Position numbers and translations under genes: made by a program
Origin: Calditrichia bacterium
GTDB taxonomy: Bacteria > Calditrichota > Calditrichia > RBG-13-44-9 > J075
DNA: 64,000 nt
NCBI GenBank assembly: GCA_050633245.1
Contig: JBOEGD010000004.1
Coordinates: 141,866 to 205,865 of the forward strand
Reading direction: 5' to 3'
In this document: positions 25,505 through 35,852 of the stretch, in pieces
Position numbering within the stretch: the stretch's first letter is position 1
How the letters are laid out: each line of letters starts with the position of its first letter
The notes under the pieces: generated by a model
What the model was told of the DNA's origin: nothing
What the model saw: only the letters and a program-made list of their open reading frames with translations
Databases searched by the model: none

Positions 25505-27928
25505 ATGATTGAAGTAATTGAAAACACAAAAAAGAGCGTAGCTCTCCAGTTGGATAAGGAAGAGATCCTGCGCGATTATCGCATTGCTTATCAAAGCAGA
25601 CAAGCGAGTTTAATTGGCCGTAAAGAGGTTATGGGCGGTAAAGCCAAGTTTGGCATTTTTGGAGATGGAAAAGAAATACCACAGTTGGCACTTGCGCGTG
25701 CCTTTAAAGAGGGTGATTTTCGGTCGGGCTATTATCGTGACCAGACGCTGATGATGGCGCTGGGTGATTATCCGCTTGATGAGTTTTTTGCACAACTTTA
25801 TGCCAACCCGGATGTTGAAAAAGAGCCTGCTTCAGCGGGCCGCGCTATGAATGCGCACTTTGGAACACGCTTAATTAACGATGACGGTAGCTGGAAAGAT
25901 CAAACCAGCACGAAAAACACCTCGTCAGATGTTTCGCCAACCGCTTCACAAATGCCGCGTCTTGTTGGTCTTGCCTATGCTTCCAGACTGTATCGCGAGT
26001 TGGAGGAGCTTCAATCGTTTAGCCAATTCTCTAAAGGTGGAAGCGAAGTTGCTTTTGGAACAATTGGAAACGCTTCCAGTGCTGAAGGCATGTTCTGGGA
26101 GGCAATCAATGCTATTGGCGTGTTGCAGGCACCGGTTGTTATGTCTATTTGGGATGATGAGTATGGTATTTCAGTTCCGAATGAATTTCAGCACACACGC
26201 GAGAGCCTTGCAGAAATGCTGAGTGGATTTTCACGTAAGGAAGGTGAGTCTCGTGGCTATGATATTTATGTCGTAAAAGCGTGGGATTATCCGGCGCTTC
26301 TGGAAACCTACGCCAAGGCAACCGAGGTTGCACGCCGTGATCATGTTCCGGCAATTATTCACGTTGTCGAAGTAACCCAGCCACAAGGACACTCCACATC
26401 TGGAAGTCATGAGCGCTATAAATCCAAAGAGCGGCTTGACTGGGAAAAAGAATTTGATGGCTTGCGCAAAATGCGCGAGTGGATGTTGGATAGCGATATT
26501 ATAAAAGAAGCAGAGTTGGTTGCCCTGGAAAAAGAGGATCGCCTTTCCGTCGAGAAAATACGTGATGAATCCTGGGAAGACCTATTGCGTCCGATACGCG
26601 CAAAGATCGCAGAGATGAGTCTGATTCTTACGCCTCTTCTGGGAAAGCTTTCTGATGCTGATGCCGTTTCAAGTCTTATGCAGAAATTACAGAAAAAAGC
26701 TATCCCGGCGCGCAAAGATATTATGACAACGCTTCATAATATTCTTCTTGAAACCCGCGACAACACATCTGATGAACGTACGAAGCTGGTGGAGTGGAAG
26801 CGTAACTTTGACAAAGAAACCGGTGACAATTATTCTTCGCACCTTTATTGTGAAGGCGATGCCTCAGCGCTGAACATTCCGCAAGTGGCACCAGTATTTT
26901 CCGAAAACTCACGCTCCATTAACGGATTTGATATTCTGAATGGCTGTTTTGACGCGGCAATGAAGCGCGATCCGCGGATAATTGCATTTGGTGAAGATGT
27001 CGGTTATCTGGGTGACGTGAATCAGGGCTTCAAAGGTTTACAAGAGAAATTTGGCGAATTGAGGGTCTCGGATACCGGTATTCGCGAGTGCACAATTATG
27101 GGGCAAGCCATTGGAATGGCCCTGCGCGGGTTAAGACCTATAGCAGAGATCCAGTATCTGGATTATGTGCTATACGGTTTGCAGATTCTATCTGATGACC
27201 TGGCTTGTCTACACTGGCGCACCAAAGGCGGCCAGAAAGCACCGGTAATTGTAAGGACGCGCGGGCATCGCCTTGAAGGCATCTGGCATGCCGGTTCTCC
27301 AATGGCGTCGATGATTCATCTGCTTAGAGGCATGCACGTACTTGTGCCTCGTAACATGACTCAGGCTGCCGGCTTTTACAATACCCTACTTCAGGCGGAT
27401 GATCCTGCCATTGTTGTAGAGGTGTTGAACGGGTATCGTCTGAAGGAAACACTACCGGATAATGTCGGTGAATTTACCATTCCGCTCGGCGTGCCTGAAA
27501 CATTGAGATCTGGAAACGACGTTACCGTTGTTACGTACGGTGCCTGCTGCGCAATTGCTATGGAAGCGGCCGATCAACTCGCGAAAGTGAACATTGATCT
27601 GGAGGTGATTGATGTGCAGTCCTTGTTGCCCTTCGACCTACACGGCAAGATTAGTGAGTCGTTAAAAAAGACCAATCGCATTGTCTTTTTAGATGAGGAC
27701 ATTCCGGGTGGAACAACCGCTTATATGCTCCAGGAAGTAATGGAAAAGCAGAGGGGTTACTATCATCTGGACTCCCAGCCGCGCACGCTGACTGCGAAAG
27801 CGCATCGCCCGGCATTTGGTTCGGACGGAGACTATTGGTCGAAGCCAAACAGTGAGCATGTATTCGAAGTCGTTTATGAGATTATGCATGAATCGGACCC
27901 TCAAATGTATCCTTTGTTCCTTCGCTAG
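25505..27928 (+). CDS. Fused 2-oxoacid dehydrogenase E1 alpha/beta (branched-chain type)
   Basis: GKAKFGIFGDGKE, SGYYRDQT, GHSTSGSHERY, FGEDVG, DTGIRE; Bacteroidota-type fusion architecture. Confidence 0.88.
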   Translation: MIEVIENTKKSVALQLDKEEILRDYRIAYQSRQASLIGRKEVMGGKAKFGIFGDGKEIPQLALARAFKEGDFRSGYYRDQTLMMALGDYPLDEFFAQLYANPDVEKEPASAGRAMNAHFGTRLINDDGSWKDQTSTKNTSSDVSPTASQMPRLVGLAYASRLYRELEELQSFSQFSKGGSEVAFGTIGNASSAEGMFWEAINAIGVLQAPVVMSIWDDEYGISVPNEFQHTRESLAEMLSGFSRKEGESRGYDIYVVKAWDYPALLETYAKATEVARRDHVPAIIHVVEVTQPQGHSTSGSHERYKSKERLDWEKEFDGLRKMREWMLDSDIIKEAELVALEKEDRLSVEKIRDESWEDLLRPIRAKIAEMSLILTPLLGKLSDADAVSSLMQKLQKKAIPARKDIMTTLHNILLETRDNTSDERTKLVEWKRNFDKETGDNYSSHLYCEGDASALNIPQVAPVFSENSRSINGFDILNGCFDAAMKRDPRIIAFGEDVGYLGDVNQGFKGLQEKFGELRVSDTGIRECTIMGQAIGMALRGLRPIAEIQYLDYVLYGLQILSDDLACLHWRTKGGQKAPVIVRTRGHRLEGIWHAGSPMASMIHLLRGMHVLVPRNMTQAAGFYNTLLQADDPAIVVEVLNGYRLKETLPDNVGEFTIPLGVPETLRSGNDVTVVTYGACCAIAMEAADQLAKVNIDLEVIDVQSLLPFDLHGKISESLKKTNRIVFLDEDIPGGTTAYMLQEVMEKQRGYYHLDSQPRTLTAKAHRPAFGSDGDYWSKPNSEHVFEVVYEIMHESDPQMYPLFLR

Positions 27929-27955
27929 TTCATAGAGGGAAACCTCCCTTGTCGG

Positions 27956-27984
27956 TTGCGGCACCACAAAAAATTTGGTATATT
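27956..27984 (+). promoter_or_regulatory. Putative sigma70-type promoter of mtaB
   Basis: TTGCGG-17 bp-TATATT. Confidence 0.4.
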
Positions 27985-27996
27985 TTGCTTCATTTC

Positions 27997-28021
27997 AAAA
28001 GGCGCAGTTGCTGCGCCTTTT
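27997..28021. terminator. Bidirectional terminator-like hairpin
   Basis: aaaaggcgcag-ttg-ctgcgcctttt. Confidence 0.7.
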
Positions 28022-28046
28022 GTTTAATCACAATTAAGAGATATTT

Positions 28047-29333
28047 ATGCGCGTCGCGTTCTACACATTTGGCTGTCGGCTGAACCAATCTGAAACAGCA
28101 GCTATTGAACAGGGCTTTATTAAAGACGGGCATGATATTGTAGACTATCGCGAATCTCCTGATGTTGTGGTGGTGAATACCTGCACCGTTACCGAAAACG
28201 GTGATGCCGATACCCGTCGATTAACCAATAAAATTTCAAAGAAACATCCCAATGCCCGCATTGCGTTGGTAGGTTGCCAAGCGCAGGTGCAAAAGGAGCA
28301 ATTGCTAAAGCTGCCAAATGTCCAATGGGTTGTCGGTAATGCGCGCAAGATGGATATGCACCAAATTGTTAGCGATTCGAAAAATGCTGAACCACAGCTT
28401 ATTACGCCGACAATACGTAAGCAATCATTTACTATTCCCTTCGTTGGCTACGACAGTCGTCACACCCGTGCCAATTTAAAGGTGCAGGATGGCTGTGACT
28501 TCTTCTGCTCCTTTTGCGAAATTCCCTATGCTCGAGGGCGAGCGCGCAGTCGCGAATTTGATGATATTCTGATAGAAGCAAATGCCCTAACGGCTGCCGG
28601 ACATCATGAACTGATACTCACCGGAATAAACATTGGTACGTATGACTACGAAGGCAAAACTTTGGTTGATGTGTTGGATGCCCTCGAGGTGATTGATGAC
28701 CTTTGGCGAATTCGGATTTCTTCAATCGAGCCGACAACTATTCCAGATGCGATTATTGAACGAATGGTCGGAGACAGCAAGTTATGTCGCTATCTACACG
28801 TTCCGCTTCAAGCCGGAACCGATGAAATCCTTTCTGCTATGCGTCGAATTTACACGGTTGAAGCGTTTTGCCAGTTTATTGATACTGTTTACAGGGCTGT
28901 GCCCGATGTCTGTCTTGGAACGGACGTCATTGTTGGATTTCCCGGTGAAACCGATGAGCTCTTTGAACAGACCTATCAGCTTTTACTGGATCTTCCACTT
29001 GCTTATTTTCATGTCTTCTCTTATTCCGAACGAGATCATGCTCGCAGTAGTAAGATGAATCCGGCGCTGCGAATCGATCGAAAGAAAATTGCCGAGCGTA
29101 GTAAGCGGCTGCGTGAACTCAGTGATCGTAAAAGGCGTGTATATAACCAGCAGTTTATCGGGAAAGAAGCACATGTTCTATTCGAATCTAAAAAGAATGG
29201 CTGGTGGAACGGCGTAACCGATACGTACGTTCGCGTAAAAGTTGAATCTCAAATTGATCTCAAAAATCAATTATTACCTGTATCGTTGGAAATTGAAGAT
29301 AGGCAGAGTCTTACTGGCAGCCTCATCCTTTAA
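28047..29333 (+). CDS. mtaB: tRNA t6A37 methylthiotransferase MtaB (radical SAM)
   Basis: TFGCRLNQSET, VNTCTVT, VGCQAQ, TRANLKVQDGCDFFCSFCEIP. Confidence 0.9.
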   Translation: MRVAFYTFGCRLNQSETAAIEQGFIKDGHDIVDYRESPDVVVVNTCTVTENGDADTRRLTNKISKKHPNARIALVGCQAQVQKEQLLKLPNVQWVVGNARKMDMHQIVSDSKNAEPQLITPTIRKQSFTIPFVGYDSRHTRANLKVQDGCDFFCSFCEIPYARGRARSREFDDILIEANALTAAGHHELILTGINIGTYDYEGKTLVDVLDALEVIDDLWRIRISSIEPTTIPDAIIERMVGDSKLCRYLHVPLQAGTDEILSAMRRIYTVEAFCQFIDTVYRAVPDVCLGTDVIVGFPGETDELFEQTYQLLLDLPLAYFHVFSYSERDHARSSKMNPALRIDRKKIAERSKRLRELSDRKRRVYNQQFIGKEAHVLFESKKNGWWNGVTDTYVRVKVESQIDLKNQLLPVSLEIEDRQSLTGSLIL

Positions 29334-29432
29334 TTCTTGTTTGCATCTTTTATTGCTAGGCCCCTCTGGTGTCCTGACAGATACCAAATCAGAGTGTTGA
29401 GTTGGAGAAATTGACTACCGAAAGGCATACGA

Positions 29433-32400
29433 ATGGCAGTAAGCAAACGTGCTTCCAAAAGTAAAGCTGCATCCTCGAAGACTACCAAGCGCAAGACAAA
29501 ACCCAGCATAGCAGCTACGGAAATAGCAGACGTTCCTTATTTGTCTCAGCCTGCCCTCAGTAGCGATGGTCGTTTGCTTTGCTTCACTTACTCCTCAGAT
29601 ATTTGGCTGGTTGAAACCAACGGTGGCCAGGCTCGGCAGATAACCAGCAATATCCAGCGTGATGCCATGGCATCTTTTTCGCCAGACGATAAACAAATTG
29701 CCTTTATTTCTCAGCGAAGCGGCTCCCAAAATATATACATTGCGGAGATAGGCTCCAGCCAATTGCCGAGACGATTGACTTATCATACTGCATCCGGAGG
29801 ACCACTTTCCTGGAGCCGTAATGGAAAGTGGATTTACTTTGGATCAAATCTTGACCGTCAGTCGCGCGGCATCTATAAAATATCCTCTGCCGGCTCCACA
29901 CCTATTCGGCTTATTGCCGATCCACAAGAAGGCTACAGCGATCAGGCTATTTCTCCGGATGGAAAGAAACTAATTTTTCACAGCGACGGTGATGCCTGGT
30001 GGCGCTGTGGACCTAACCCGGCGATGGCATCACATCTTTGGCTACTGGATGAACCATCCGGGAAGATTGAGAAAAAACTCACCTCTTATGAGGGCGTGAA
30101 TATCCGACCGATGTGGGAGCGAAATGGAAAAGGTCTATATTTTCTCTCAGATCGCAGTGGACGTGAAAATATCTGGTATATGACGGTTAATGGAGATGCC
30201 CGGGCTCGCCAGATTACCCATTTCATTGATGGACGCGTAATACGCCCGTCTATTTCCCGCGACGGCAAGTGGATTGTCTTTGAGCGTGACTTTCAAATTT
30301 GGTTGCTGAATGTCGCTGAAGGCAGTAGCAGACCTATAGACATTATCTTGCAGGCAGATGAAAAAATAAACTCGCGACGCACTCATTTTATTCCCGGCTC
30401 TATCGGTGGCTTGCGACTTTCCGGGGATAATAAAAAAGTAGCTTTTACGGCATTTGGACAAATATTCGCTGATTTAGCGGAAAAAGGTGCGAGTGTAGAT
30501 AAAAAGGGGGAAGCGTTTCGGGTTTCAAAGACAGAAGCACGGCACCGCCAAATATTTTGGCATCCTAATAACAAGCAAATCGTTTATATCTCTGACCACG
30601 ATGGCCATGACGAAGTTTATCGATACGACTTTGAAAAGCGCGAAGAGACGCGCCTGACCAATAGTGTTGAAGATAAGTATACGCCGAAGTATTCACCCGA
30701 TGGTAAATGGCTTGCTTACGGCAGCGGTAAAAAAGACATTTATCTGATGAACACCTCAAGTGGTAAGCACAACCGCTTTGTTAAAAATCAGCGTTTCCTA
30801 AGAGTTGTTATACCGACGGAATTCCACTGGTCTCCCGATAGCAAGTGGCTTGCATTTACAGCCTCAAACGCTGATGCCTTTGAAAATATTTATCTGCAAA
30901 AAATCCGCACTCGGAAATCGCGACAGTTAACCTTTCTGAATAATCTCCACTCACGCTGTGTTCAGTGGGCGCCAAACGGTAAATTCCTGATCTTCGTAAC
31001 CGGGCATTATCGAAGTGAAGGTCAGATCGTGCGTGTCAACCTGAAACCCATCCCTCCGCGTTTTTATGAGGAAGATTTCGATAAGCTGTTTGCCAGTGAA
31101 GAGGCTAAGACTGAAAAGAAGCAAGATGCCGCCAAGAATGAAAAGAAACCCGTTGCAAAAGAAGCTGAGCAGGTTGACATACAGTTCAGCGGAATCAAGC
31201 GTCGCGTGCAGTATCTTTCTAAGCCGTCACATTACGCCATTCCGCTTGCCATTCGGCCGGATAGCAAGATGTTGATCTTTCATGCTCGTCTTTCCTATGA
31301 ACCATATCTGTGGTCGATGTCTTTGGAAGAAGATAAGCGTGGCGATGCACCAAGAGCGATTCTGAAAGCACGTGACTATAGTGGTGGACTGGTTTGGTCT
31401 GCTGATGGCAAAAAGGTCTTCTTCTTGCGAAGAGGCATTATCAATACGTTTGGTCTAAATGATGATGGTTCTCCAAAAGGAACACCTAAAGAGGTCCCCG
31501 TAAAAGGAGAAGTTGAACTTGATTATCAGCGTTTAAAACTTCAGGCGTTTGATGAGGGCTGGCGGATGCTCCGCGATTATTTTTATGATCCCGATTTTCA
31601 TGGATGTGATTGGAATGCCATGTACTCGCGTTTTCTGCCTGCTGTTAAGGGGGCACGAACCCGCAGAGACTTTCACGATATTCTCAATATGATGGTCGGT
31701 GAATTAAATGCGTCCCACCTCGGTGCCAGTGGAAGAGGCTTCGGTCAACGCAATATTGACAGTTTTATTGGTCTCGATTTCGAACGAACGCCTCTTGAGA
31801 AGAAGGGACAGTTTAAGATTAAACATGTTGTCGCAGACTCGCCGGTGACGCATGCAGAAAAACCACCGCAAAAAGGTGAATTCCTGCTGGCCATCGATGG
31901 GCGAAAGGTTGATGGCCGAACCGAAAACCTGATCGAAAACCTTCAGAAACGCGACGGGAAACGAGTCACCCTTTTAGTCAATTCCTCCCCACGTAAGAAA
32001 GGGGCACGCGAAATAAAAGTGCAGCCGGTTCGTTCTTATCGTCTCGCGAATCTGCGCTATCGCGAGTGGGTAATGACGAACGCTGACTATGTCTCGAAGA
32101 AAAGCAAAAACCGGCTGGGTTACGTGCATATTCCAGTTATGTCGCACAATGCTTTTATGAACTTAATTGCAGACCTGGATGCCGAAGCATATGAGCGTGA
32201 AGGTGTTATTCTCGACGTGCGCTTTAATGGCGGTGGGCATATTGCATCGTTCATACTCGATTTCCTTTCGAGGAAGCAGTACGCCTATTCAGGTTATCGC
32301 AATGTTGTTCGCACCAGTGATGCCAATTTTGCAGGTGATCGAATCTTGAACAAACCGATAATCCTTGTTACTAATGAGCACTCCTACAGCAATGCAGAAA

Positions 32401-32681
32401 TGTTTAGCGAAGGATTTCGACGCCTCGGCCTTGGCAAAATAGTTGGTCGTCCGACCGCCGGGGCAGTTATATGGACATTTGGCGTGCGGTTAAGTGATGG
32501 CACTTCATTCCGCATCCCTCGCGGCTATGTTCACACGATGGATGGCGAAAACATTGAACTTGTTGGTAGGCCAGTAGACGTTTTTGCCGATCGACCACCG
32601 GGCGAGTCCGATCGTGGTATCGATAGCCAGTTGGATGTCGCAGTTGCCGAGCTATTAAGGGATATCGACGCTAAAACGTAG
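29433..32681 (+). CDS. Tricorn-like S41 protease (PD40 propellers, PDZ-like and catalytic domains)
   Basis: SPDGK-type repeats; MVGELNASH; LGYVHIP; DVRFNGGG; SYSNAEMF; G.PT.GAVI. Confidence 0.88.
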   Translation: MAVSKRASKSKAASSKTTKRKTKPSIAATEIADVPYLSQPALSSDGRLLCFTYSSDIWLVETNGGQARQITSNIQRDAMASFSPDDKQIAFISQRSGSQNIYIAEIGSSQLPRRLTYHTASGGPLSWSRNGKWIYFGSNLDRQSRGIYKISSAGSTPIRLIADPQEGYSDQAISPDGKKLIFHSDGDAWWRCGPNPAMASHLWLLDEPSGKIEKKLTSYEGVNIRPMWERNGKGLYFLSDRSGRENIWYMTVNGDARARQITHFIDGRVIRPSISRDGKWIVFERDFQIWLLNVAEGSSRPIDIILQADEKINSRRTHFIPGSIGGLRLSGDNKKVAFTAFGQIFADLAEKGASVDKKGEAFRVSKTEARHRQIFWHPNNKQIVYISDHDGHDEVYRYDFEKREETRLTNSVEDKYTPKYSPDGKWLAYGSGKKDIYLMNTSSGKHNRFVKNQRFLRVVIPTEFHWSPDSKWLAFTASNADAFENIYLQKIRTRKSRQLTFLNNLHSRCVQWAPNGKFLIFVTGHYRSEGQIVRVNLKPIPPRFYEEDFDKLFASEEAKTEKKQDAAKNEKKPVAKEAEQVDIQFSGIKRRVQYLSKPSHYAIPLAIRPDSKMLIFHARLSYEPYLWSMSLEEDKRGDAPRAILKARDYSGGLVWSADGKKVFFLRRGIINTFGLNDDGSPKGTPKEVPVKGEVELDYQRLKLQAFDEGWRMLRDYFYDPDFHGCDWNAMYSRFLPAVKGARTRRDFHDILNMMVGELNASHLGASGRGFGQRNIDSFIGLDFERTPLEKKGQFKIKHVVADSPVTHAEKPPQKGEFLLAIDGRKVDGRTENLIENLQKRDGKRVTLLVNSSPRKKGAREIKVQPVRSYRLANLRYREWVMTNADYVSKKSKNRLGYVHIPVMSHNAFMNLIADLDAEAYEREGVILDVRFNGGGHIASFILDFLSRKQYAYSGYRNVVRTSDANFAGDRILNKPIILVTNEHSYSNAEMFSEGFRRLGLGKIVGRPTAGAVIWTFGVRLSDGTSFRIPRGYVHTMDGENIELVGRPVDVFADRPPGESDRGIDSQLDVAVAELLRDIDAKT

Positions 32682-32806
32682 CTTGCAGCATAATGGCGCC
32701 AGAGTGTCTAAGCGTGTCGTTTCGCTGTTAGCCCGGCAGTCTCCTCAAATTTTATCTTGTTATACTCTCCTTAAGGAGAGATATGCATGTTGAATTTGGA
32801 GGAGTA

Positions 32807-35767
32807 ATGAACAATCAAAACATATATCGACGTCTACTGTGCATGTGTCTGATAATAAGCAGCAGTATCTGCGCACAGGAAATAACGTTCAACGTCGATT
32901 CCCTTCTTTTCGGAGAAGTCCGTCTTAGCGACTCGCTAAACCGCACATTCCGTATTACCAACACCGGCTCAGCCATCTTAAACGTAGACACCGTGCTGGT
33001 TTCCGGGTCGGACGCTGCTGAGTTTACCGCCTTATCGGCAACCGGTCCATTCGTGCTGCCCTCAAATGGACGTCGAAACTTTAATTTTCAACTTAACGGC
33101 CAGTCTATTGGTATTAAAGATGCGCAGATTGAGATTTTTGGCAATCAGCTCGGCGCGAATCCCGCCGTTCTTCATATTCAGGCAGAGGTTATTCCGATCC
33201 CGCCACCGGATATCTCCTCCAATGTGTTAGCAATCAATTATGGCACGCTTCAACTCGGTGACACACTGACTCGATTTGTTCGTTTGCAGAATGTAGGTCA
33301 GAGTAATCTTGATATTGATACTCTGATATTAGCCGGCGCCGATACTTCTGAGTTCAGGTTGCTTACCGACCCTTCTCCCTTTACGCTTATTCCATCTGCA
33401 AGCCGCCGATTTGGTGTTGAATTCGACCCGCAAAGCCCGGGCGATAAATTTGCCAGTCTTCCAATTTATAGTAATGATCCCGATGAAAACCCTCTGGTAA
33501 TAAGCTTCCAGGGATCAGCATTCGATTCATCACGTATAGTAGTAGAGCCGGACAGATATGATTTCGGTGGCGTTCTGATAGGCGATAGCCTTGTGCATTC
33601 CTTCACTGTGAGAAATGATGGTGGTAAGGATTTAGTCGTATCTGACTTTGAGATGCTCTGGTTGCATCGCGATGATTTTCCAATACTAACCACTCCTACA
33701 CCAGTTACTTTGCCTCCTGACAGCAGCATGATGATAGATATTATGTTCAGGCCACTTGAACTGGGAACCCGCGAAGGACAAATGAAGATATATAGCAATG
33801 ATCCAAGGACGCCTGAATTACAAATCCCGGTATTCGGGGTTGGGCTGGATAGTATGCCGGAACCGGCAATCGCGATTGATCCGGTAAGCTATGATTTTGG
33901 AACTCGGGTTGTTGGAGATACAATGCCTACTAATTTTTTGGTTAGGAACATCGGAACGGGAGATTTGACAGTTTCAACGACGGAGTTGGCAGGTATTAAT
34001 CCAGGTGATTTCAAGGTGTTTAATGGTGTGGGGCCATATGTGTTAGAACCTAATGACGTACGACTACTGCAAGTTTGGTTTATTCCAAAAGCAGGTGGTC
34101 CGCGTAGCGCCGATATGCATATCCTGAGTGATGCCGTTAATACTGATACCCTGGTTGTCCCGCTATCCGGAACAGGTTTACCGCTGCCAGACATTCGTGT
34201 CGAAGACGATACGCTGGATATTGGGCTGGTCGTAGTTGGAGCCTCCGATAGCGCTGAGCTACAGATTCGCAATGTCGGTACAGCTAACCTGGAAATCAAC
34301 GGGCTTCTGTTCGATCAGGCCGGCGTGAATTACTTCTCAGCTCCCGGGGTTAGTTTGCCGCTCGTTGTGCTTCCAAATGACACCGCATTTGTTCCAGTCG
34401 CTCTGGCACCAGACTCTGTTGGCCTCTATGAAACTGTGCTAACGGTAGTAAACAACGATTCAGATGATGATTCCGTTCTGGTGCGCGTTCTGGGCGAGGG
34501 AGTGACGATACCGGTTCCGGATATTGAATTCGATAGAGATACTCTGAAATTCACTGAAACGGTACTTACAACTATTCGGGTAGACAGCGTATATGTGATC
34601 AACACTGGTATTGCAGAGCTTTCCGTCAGTAGCGTTATCTTTTCTGGCATCGATTCGCTGGATTTTGCCCTAACCCAACAGACGCTTCCGTTAACTGTGC
34701 CGGCTGGAGACTCCACACTTCTTTACGTTGATTTTCAGCCGCAGGCGATAGGGGAGAGGTTTGCAGTGCTTCAGCTGTTCTCTAATGACCCTGACGAAAA
34801 CCCAATCGAGTTGATACTAGCCGGAAGTGCTGTTGCGATTCCGGTCTCAGATATTGCTGTCGATCCGGACTCCTTGGATTTTGGCATCATCGACTTGGGA
34901 GAGTTCACATTCCGAGAACTGTTTGTTCACAACAATGGCAGCGCAGATCTTGAAGTAAATTCTTCGAATGTTCAAGGAATAGACTCATCTGATTTCAAGT
35001 TAACCTTTGGTGAAGCACCGTTCACGGTAGAGCCGGGAGACTCTCAACGAATTGACGTGCGTTTCTTACCATTCGATTTTGGAGCAAGAACCGCAAGCTT
35101 GAAGTTGATATCAAATGATCCTGATGGAAGGGAATTGCAAATTCCACTATTTGGTATTTCGCTCGATACCACTCTGATAGACACAATTGCCCCGGTATGT
35201 TCCGTCTTTACTACAATTATTGAAGAAGAACGGATTCATATTATGGTGCAGGACACCGGCTCCGGGATGAGGACGATCGAGGTATTGAACGCTGTGAACC
35301 TTGATGTATCCGTGCCCGCTTTTTTCCCGGGATCAACCGATACGCTGCTGCTTACGGCAGCAAAGATTTCCGTAGAGGGTTTTGCAAAAATTCGCGTCGC
35401 TTTTACCGATAGACGCACTAACACGTCGATCTGTGAGGCAACGCTCGATTCAACTACAGACATCGATCCTGAACCAGATGTGCCCGATGAATTTGCACTG
35501 GGACAGAATTATCCAAATCCATTTAACCCCACAACCGAGATTGAGTTTAGCATATTAGACGATGGGCAGCGTGTAACGCTGGTGGTTTATGATATTCTCG
35601 GACGACCAATAAAGAAGCTGATCGATGCCCCGCTGAGTCGTGGTTTTTATACTGCGGAATGGGATGGCCTGGATGGTTTTGGAAATCGCGCTGCAAGTGG
35701 AGTGTATGTTTATCGCTTGGCGAACCCTTCGCAGGAATTGGTGCGCAAGATGCTGCTGGTACGCTAA
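32807..35767 (+). CDS. Large secreted protein with about seven Ig-like ASH/choice-of-anchor-D repeats and T9SS-type tail
   Basis: Repeats of about 110 aa (PDI...DFG...N.G...L...F.P...SNDPDE...L.G.G); QNYPNPFNPTT tail; alternative ATG at 32783. Confidence 0.8.
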   Translation: MNNQNIYRRLLCMCLIISSSICAQEITFNVDSLLFGEVRLSDSLNRTFRITNTGSAILNVDTVLVSGSDAAEFTALSATGPFVLPSNGRRNFNFQLNGQSIGIKDAQIEIFGNQLGANPAVLHIQAEVIPIPPPDISSNVLAINYGTLQLGDTLTRFVRLQNVGQSNLDIDTLILAGADTSEFRLLTDPSPFTLIPSASRRFGVEFDPQSPGDKFASLPIYSNDPDENPLVISFQGSAFDSSRIVVEPDRYDFGGVLIGDSLVHSFTVRNDGGKDLVVSDFEMLWLHRDDFPILTTPTPVTLPPDSSMMIDIMFRPLELGTREGQMKIYSNDPRTPELQIPVFGVGLDSMPEPAIAIDPVSYDFGTRVVGDTMPTNFLVRNIGTGDLTVSTTELAGINPGDFKVFNGVGPYVLEPNDVRLLQVWFIPKAGGPRSADMHILSDAVNTDTLVVPLSGTGLPLPDIRVEDDTLDIGLVVVGASDSAELQIRNVGTANLEINGLLFDQAGVNYFSAPGVSLPLVVLPNDTAFVPVALAPDSVGLYETVLTVVNNDSDDDSVLVRVLGEGVTIPVPDIEFDRDTLKFTETVLTTIRVDSVYVINTGIAELSVSSVIFSGIDSLDFALTQQTLPLTVPAGDSTLLYVDFQPQAIGERFAVLQLFSNDPDENPIELILAGSAVAIPVSDIAVDPDSLDFGIIDLGEFTFRELFVHNNGSADLEVNSSNVQGIDSSDFKLTFGEAPFTVEPGDSQRIDVRFLPFDFGARTASLKLISNDPDGRELQIPLFGISLDTTLIDTIAPVCSVFTTIIEEERIHIMVQDTGSGMRTIEVLNAVNLDVSVPAFFPGSTDTLLLTAAKISVEGFAKIRVAFTDRRTNTSICEATLDSTTDIDPEPDVPDEFALGQNYPNPFNPTTEIEFSILDDGQRVTLVVYDILGRPIKKLIDAPLSRGFYTAEWDGLDGFGNRAASGVYVYRLANPSQELVRKMLLVR

Positions 35768-35772
35768 AAAAA

Positions 35773-35798
35773 TGCCCGGCGGATAAACCTGCCGGGCA
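35773..35798. terminator. Bidirectional terminator between convergent genes
   Basis: tgcccggc...gccgggca flanked by A runs. Confidence 0.7.
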
Positions 35799-35852
35799 AG
35801 AAAAGTATGGATGTGCTCAGTGGATTTATCCGCTGAGAATCAAATGCGTGTG

